Of a stretch of DNA of 64,000 nt, positions 60,421 through 64,000 are shown piece after piece. Where the stretch lies: the NCBI GenBank assembly GCA_964187785.1, contig OZ076409.1, forward strand, positions 24,306,001-24,370,000, written 5' to 3'. Position 1 is the stretch's first letter. Each line of letters starts with the position of its first letter. Origin of the DNA: Amphiscolops sp. MND2022. Taxonomy: Eukaryota. The position numbers were made by a program, and so were the translations under genes. Below the pieces are notes generated by a model. It made no database searches, was not told the DNA's origin, and saw nothing but the letters and a program-made list of their open reading frames with translations.

Positions 60421-60856
60421 CAACCAAGCAATTAAGCTTAGACACAGCTGAACGGAGAAATTTTGGGTTAACGGTAACGGTGTGTTTTGGATGATGGGAG
60501 CTGTATCTCACGATAAGCGCAACGGTAGAGTAGTTTTGCGATTTTTCGTTTTTTAAAAGTAATTACAAGTTACAGGAGGAAGTTACATGGGACGAGTCGA
60601 TGATTTAAAAACACGCTCTTCCCGAAAGGACAATGGTTCGTCCAATATTAAGCGCCCAAGGGGCGGAAGAAGGCCGAAAGATCTTCAACCAGACAATTAA
60701 GTCTGGACACTGTCCAAACGGCAGGAAGAAAGACGGGGAGTAGACTTCTGAGTATCAACCGGACAATAAAGTCCGGACACAACTCAAGAAGACGGGTAAA
60801 CTACTGTAGAAACTTCAACCGGACAATGAAGTCCGGACACCGTAACTACAGTACAG
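60421..60856 (-). repeat. Four copies of the conserved intercistronic stem-loop
   Basis: Copies at 60421, 60686, 60756 and 60816, on + caa-CCNNNC-aatNaa-GNNNNG-acac. Confidence 0.8.
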
Positions 60857-60876
60857 TAAAGAGGGATGGAGGGGGT

Positions 60877-61494
60877 CTAGGACGAAGAAGCGACGGCCGC
60901 TGCACTCTTGATTGCCTTTCGGGCGCGCTCACTAGGCCGCTTGGGGCGGCTTTTGTCGGTGATAGCGTCAAGCTCGCTCTCTTTGCTCAAAATAAAGTCA
61001 ATATGCTTTATTTCAATCTCGGGGCTCTGGTGTAACGCCTTGAGTTTTTTAAGAAAGTCAGGATCTTTCTGTTTTCTCGTGGAAATGAAATCATCAGCGA
61101 TACTGAACACTTCAATATTGGTTGTTTTTTCAATTTCCTTCAATTTTGGTAAAATATGCGGGGTACGGAATCGGTGGCAATACACTAGAGCCCGGAGTTT
61201 GTTTTCGAAAGATTTCAAAATTTCCATCAATTGGAGAACGGTCAATGCTCGGTAATTATTGCTCTCATGTTTAGAAATACTGTTATTCAGCACAACATGC
61301 CAAATAATGATGTCAGAATTTTCGGCAAGATCTTTAGAGAGCAAACTTTGCACAATTTTTCGGGGATTTTTTGTGTTAGGGTTAAGGCTCAGGCCCGGGA
61401 GTGAGAAAATTTTCTCTTCATATGTTTTTCGGTTTTCGGGGTTTAGGGTGTCAAGAGCATGATCAACGGAACTTGCCGCTACAATGTATACCAT
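60877..61494 (-). CDS. SGNH/OSK-like accessory ORF, 205 aa, intact
   Basis: Homologous to 563-1166; degenerate SGNH blocks (IVAASS, LPGLS, IIIWH..LNN, ALHQS) and a basic C-terminal tail. Confidence 0.8.
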   Translation of the reverse strand: MVYIVAASSVDHALDTLNPENRKTYEEKIFSLPGLSLNPNTKNPRKIVQSLLSKDLAENSDIIIWHVVLNNSISKHESNNYRALTVLQLMEILKSFENKLRALVYCHRFRTPHILPKLKEIEKTTNIEVFSIADDFISTRKQKDPDFLKKLKALHQSPEIEIKHIDFILSKESELDAITDKSRPKRPSERARKAIKSAAAVASSS

Positions 61495-62316
61495 TAGATT
61501 TCAATTTTCTCAATGAGATTACGGAAAAAGTTTGAAAAATCCAATCCGAAAGGTTTTTTTTCGATACTTTTATGAACAGATGCAAACAATCAAATTCCAC
61601 TCAGAAGGGAAATTTTTTACTCTCGAATTAATTTTTATTGATGATGAGAACGTTATGTTATACCAATGATTTTTTTTTCAAAGGCCTTGCTATGAAAGTA
61701 GCACTAGTTCTCGTTTTAATCACAGTTTTGAAAGTTTCTATAATTCAGCTCTTTGAACATAACCGGTTTTTTGTAGTAGTCGTGTTTGAGGGGCGAAGAT
61801 CGTGCTTTGCGTGCTCCTTCAGGTTATGGGGCTCTTCAAATTATTTCGGGTCAGGCAGTCGATAAATCAGCTTTCTCAAATTCTTTATATCCCTCTGTGG
61901 TCGTCATGTTGCATCCCCTTCGTCAATTGCCTGAGTTGCCAGGCACCCCTGCAAGTGGTAGTTTGGAAGACTGGGGTGCGCTTTCTGTCAGTTGAGTGAA
62001 ATTGGGGGCACTCCGATTGTGACTTGGGGGTTACAAAACGAATTCCAATGACGTTAATAAGTGAAGTAAATACTAGTCATCATTCTGAAGGAGAGCGAAA
62101 TACAATTCCAGGGGTCGAGTTTTCAGTCCGTACTCTTGGTTGATGTCCGAGAGAACCTCTTGCTGAGTGAGGGCGAAATACTCTGGCGGTGAAGTGTGTT
62201 TCCTTTTGGCATAAATTATCAATTTAGACAAATCACAATTCGAAGCGTCTCCTCCACTATGGTGCACGTGTTGTTCACAGATTACTAATCAACTACTAGG
62301 TGAACCAAAAAAACTG

Positions 62317-62333
62317 CCTCTCTATGGCCACCA
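62317..62333 (-). promoter_or_regulatory. Primer-binding site of element 7 (probably tRNA-Ile type)
   Basis: TGG-T-GGCCATA-GAGAG-G fits the CCA + discriminator + acceptor + T-stem geometry of a tRNA 3' end. Confidence 0.8.
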
Positions 62334-62579
62334 TGAAATAACTATAGATTTAAAGGCTTTCTCTATAGATCGTTTGAGAGTCAAAGAATCAATTGAATAT
62401 GGCTATATACGGTCGCAAAAATGAATCAAACAATGTATATAGAAAACGACACAACTGACAAAAGATCAAATAATATTAGTCAACAAAAATAACAACAGTG
62501 AACATAAATAGCAAGGCCTTTTCTCAAGGTTATTTTACTGAAATGAAGAAAATATTTAGATCTTATTTTCCGAAATTTT

Positions 62580-62650
62580 ACCTGTCCTGGAATCGAACCC
62601 AAGACCTTATGGTTCGAAAGCTAGCACACTAACCATTCGGCCATAGCGCC
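62580..62650 (-). ncRNA. tRNA-like Pol III module in the 5' LTR of element 7
   Basis: Copy of 53665-53736. Confidence 0.7.
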
Positions 62651-64000
62651 TTGAAAAGGAGCGGATAATATTTGCTTTTAATCTTATCGCTGAATTAATT
62701 GCTTGCCAACATGGAGGAGAACAAATTATCGTTGTACAAAAACAAATCTGAAACTGAATAAACAGGCTCAAACACGCATTTCGAGATCTATCTACGAAAA
62801 AAATGACAGCCTTCAAGTGATCTCAAAAGATATTGTTAACCCTAACTTGACCCATGGTACAATTCGGCACATTTAGTTTCTGCATTCCTTTCTGCAAAAG
62901 CACCAGCTGATTGTATGGTAAGGAAAACTCTTGAATAAGATTTTCAGACAATATTGTATAGAATTCCGCGCAATTTCACGGAATATTGACATGATGTCTT
63001 CGATATCAAGAAAACGGGACCAAAAAATCAAAACAAAATTGAGCGCAGCTCTCCGGTTTTCCAGTTTTCGTTTGTGGCCTTTTTATCCCACTGGTATCAA
63101 CATTGGGTCAAAGCGGCCCCAGCATGTTTTGAAACATGCTGAAAAGCAATCAGAGACACGACGCGTGCAAAGTAAGTTTTGGCGCAAAGTCCGGAGCCAG
63201 TGCGGCGCTAGCGGGCCCCAGCCCAGCGGTTTATAAATTGATAAATTGATCTGGAAGCCCTGATTCTCCTCTTTCGAACGCTCTATAAATCGTTTGTTGG
63301 ACTTCATCCAGGATAAGTTGATGAAACATTTTAGATAAATAAAAAACACTTCTCCTCTAGTGCAAAACCAGCAAACTGACAACGCATATTATTACGACCG
63401 CAAGCGTCGAAAGCTGGGTTCACTGCCTTCTACGTATCACGGCACTCAAATTAAATCAAAAATGGTTGCAAATACCGTCAGAAACGCATACAACTGGTGG
63501 GTTCAGTTGCCAATGTTGATTGTTTTTTTTTAAGTTTTTACACCAAATGTGGTAACTAATGACTTTCAATTAAAATAACTACCTCTTCAACATCATAGGG
63601 AACGTTTCCCAAATCACCTATATTTGGTCTGGATGTTTGGAACGTTTTGGAAAAAGATCGGGAAGCAATGGAATAAAATTCAAAATCACAAGTACTGTGA
63701 ACTAGAATCACCAGGACAATAAACTAATGAAACACTACGTATCAGATCGGAAAAGACCGTGATATTAGAGTCGAACACATGGAACGAAATCATAAGCATT
63801 ACGATGAAGATTGACCAAGATATTTATCCCAAAGCTCTTCAAAAAAAATGATAAGAAAACGAAAGCAAAGCGTTGAACTCTAAAACCACTGGAATAGATG
63901 TAATGACACTAGGAGTATGACATATCCTGTAAAAATATTATCTATGTTCATGTTAAATGAAAACTGAAACTACATTAGTTGTCATACAAGAAATTGACGT

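Larger units (their letters stand above)
53415..62711 (-). mobile_element. Complete but decayed BEL/Pao element (element 7) with an accessory upstream ORF
   Basis: LTRs 53415-53796 and 62334-62711 (TGTTGG...TTTCA on minus); TSD TGGAG; PBS TGGTGGCCATAGAGAGG; purine-rich CCCGGAGGA before the 3' LTR. Confidence 0.96.

Noticed and set aside
62931..63382. Short ORFs near the window end
   Set aside because: No motif or convincing splice structure.

Overview
AT-rich, repeat-dense eukaryotic (animal-like) DNA, about 70% LTR retrotransposons. From left to right: (1) the 5' part of a minus-strand BEL/Pao element cut by the window start; (2) a young, complete BEL/Pao element (3528-12168, TSD TCCAG) with an intact 2126-aa gag-pol; (3) an old, deleted Ty3/Gypsy element (17240-41078, TSD GTATA) whose integrase is interrupted by (4) a 19.7-kb Ty3/Gypsy element (20145-39814, TSD GGGC, 2.6-kb LTRs); (5) a LINE 3' remnant, a CMC/EnSpm-type MITE and an interspersed repeat family; (6) a two-exon TMEM74/neurensin-like host gene with an apparent GA-AG intron; (7) a decayed complete BEL/Pao element (53415-62711, TSD TGGAG). 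The main discovery candidate is element (4), which is organised like a complex retrovirus. It has gag, pol with a TARG1-like macrodomain between protease and RT, a chuvirus/Monjiviricetes-like class III envelope, a PAM2 + coiled-coil + TRAF/MATH accessory protein, several orphan ORFs (one antisense with its own mini-intron), duplicated structured RNA elements and 47-bp hairpin arrays in the LTRs. A second candidate is the BEL/Pao lineage of elements (1) and (7). Both carry an SGNH/OSK-like ORF upstream of gag, covarying RNA hairpins between that ORF and gag, and a tRNA-like Pol III module inside the LTR. All domain calls come from motifs recognised by eye; no database searches were run.
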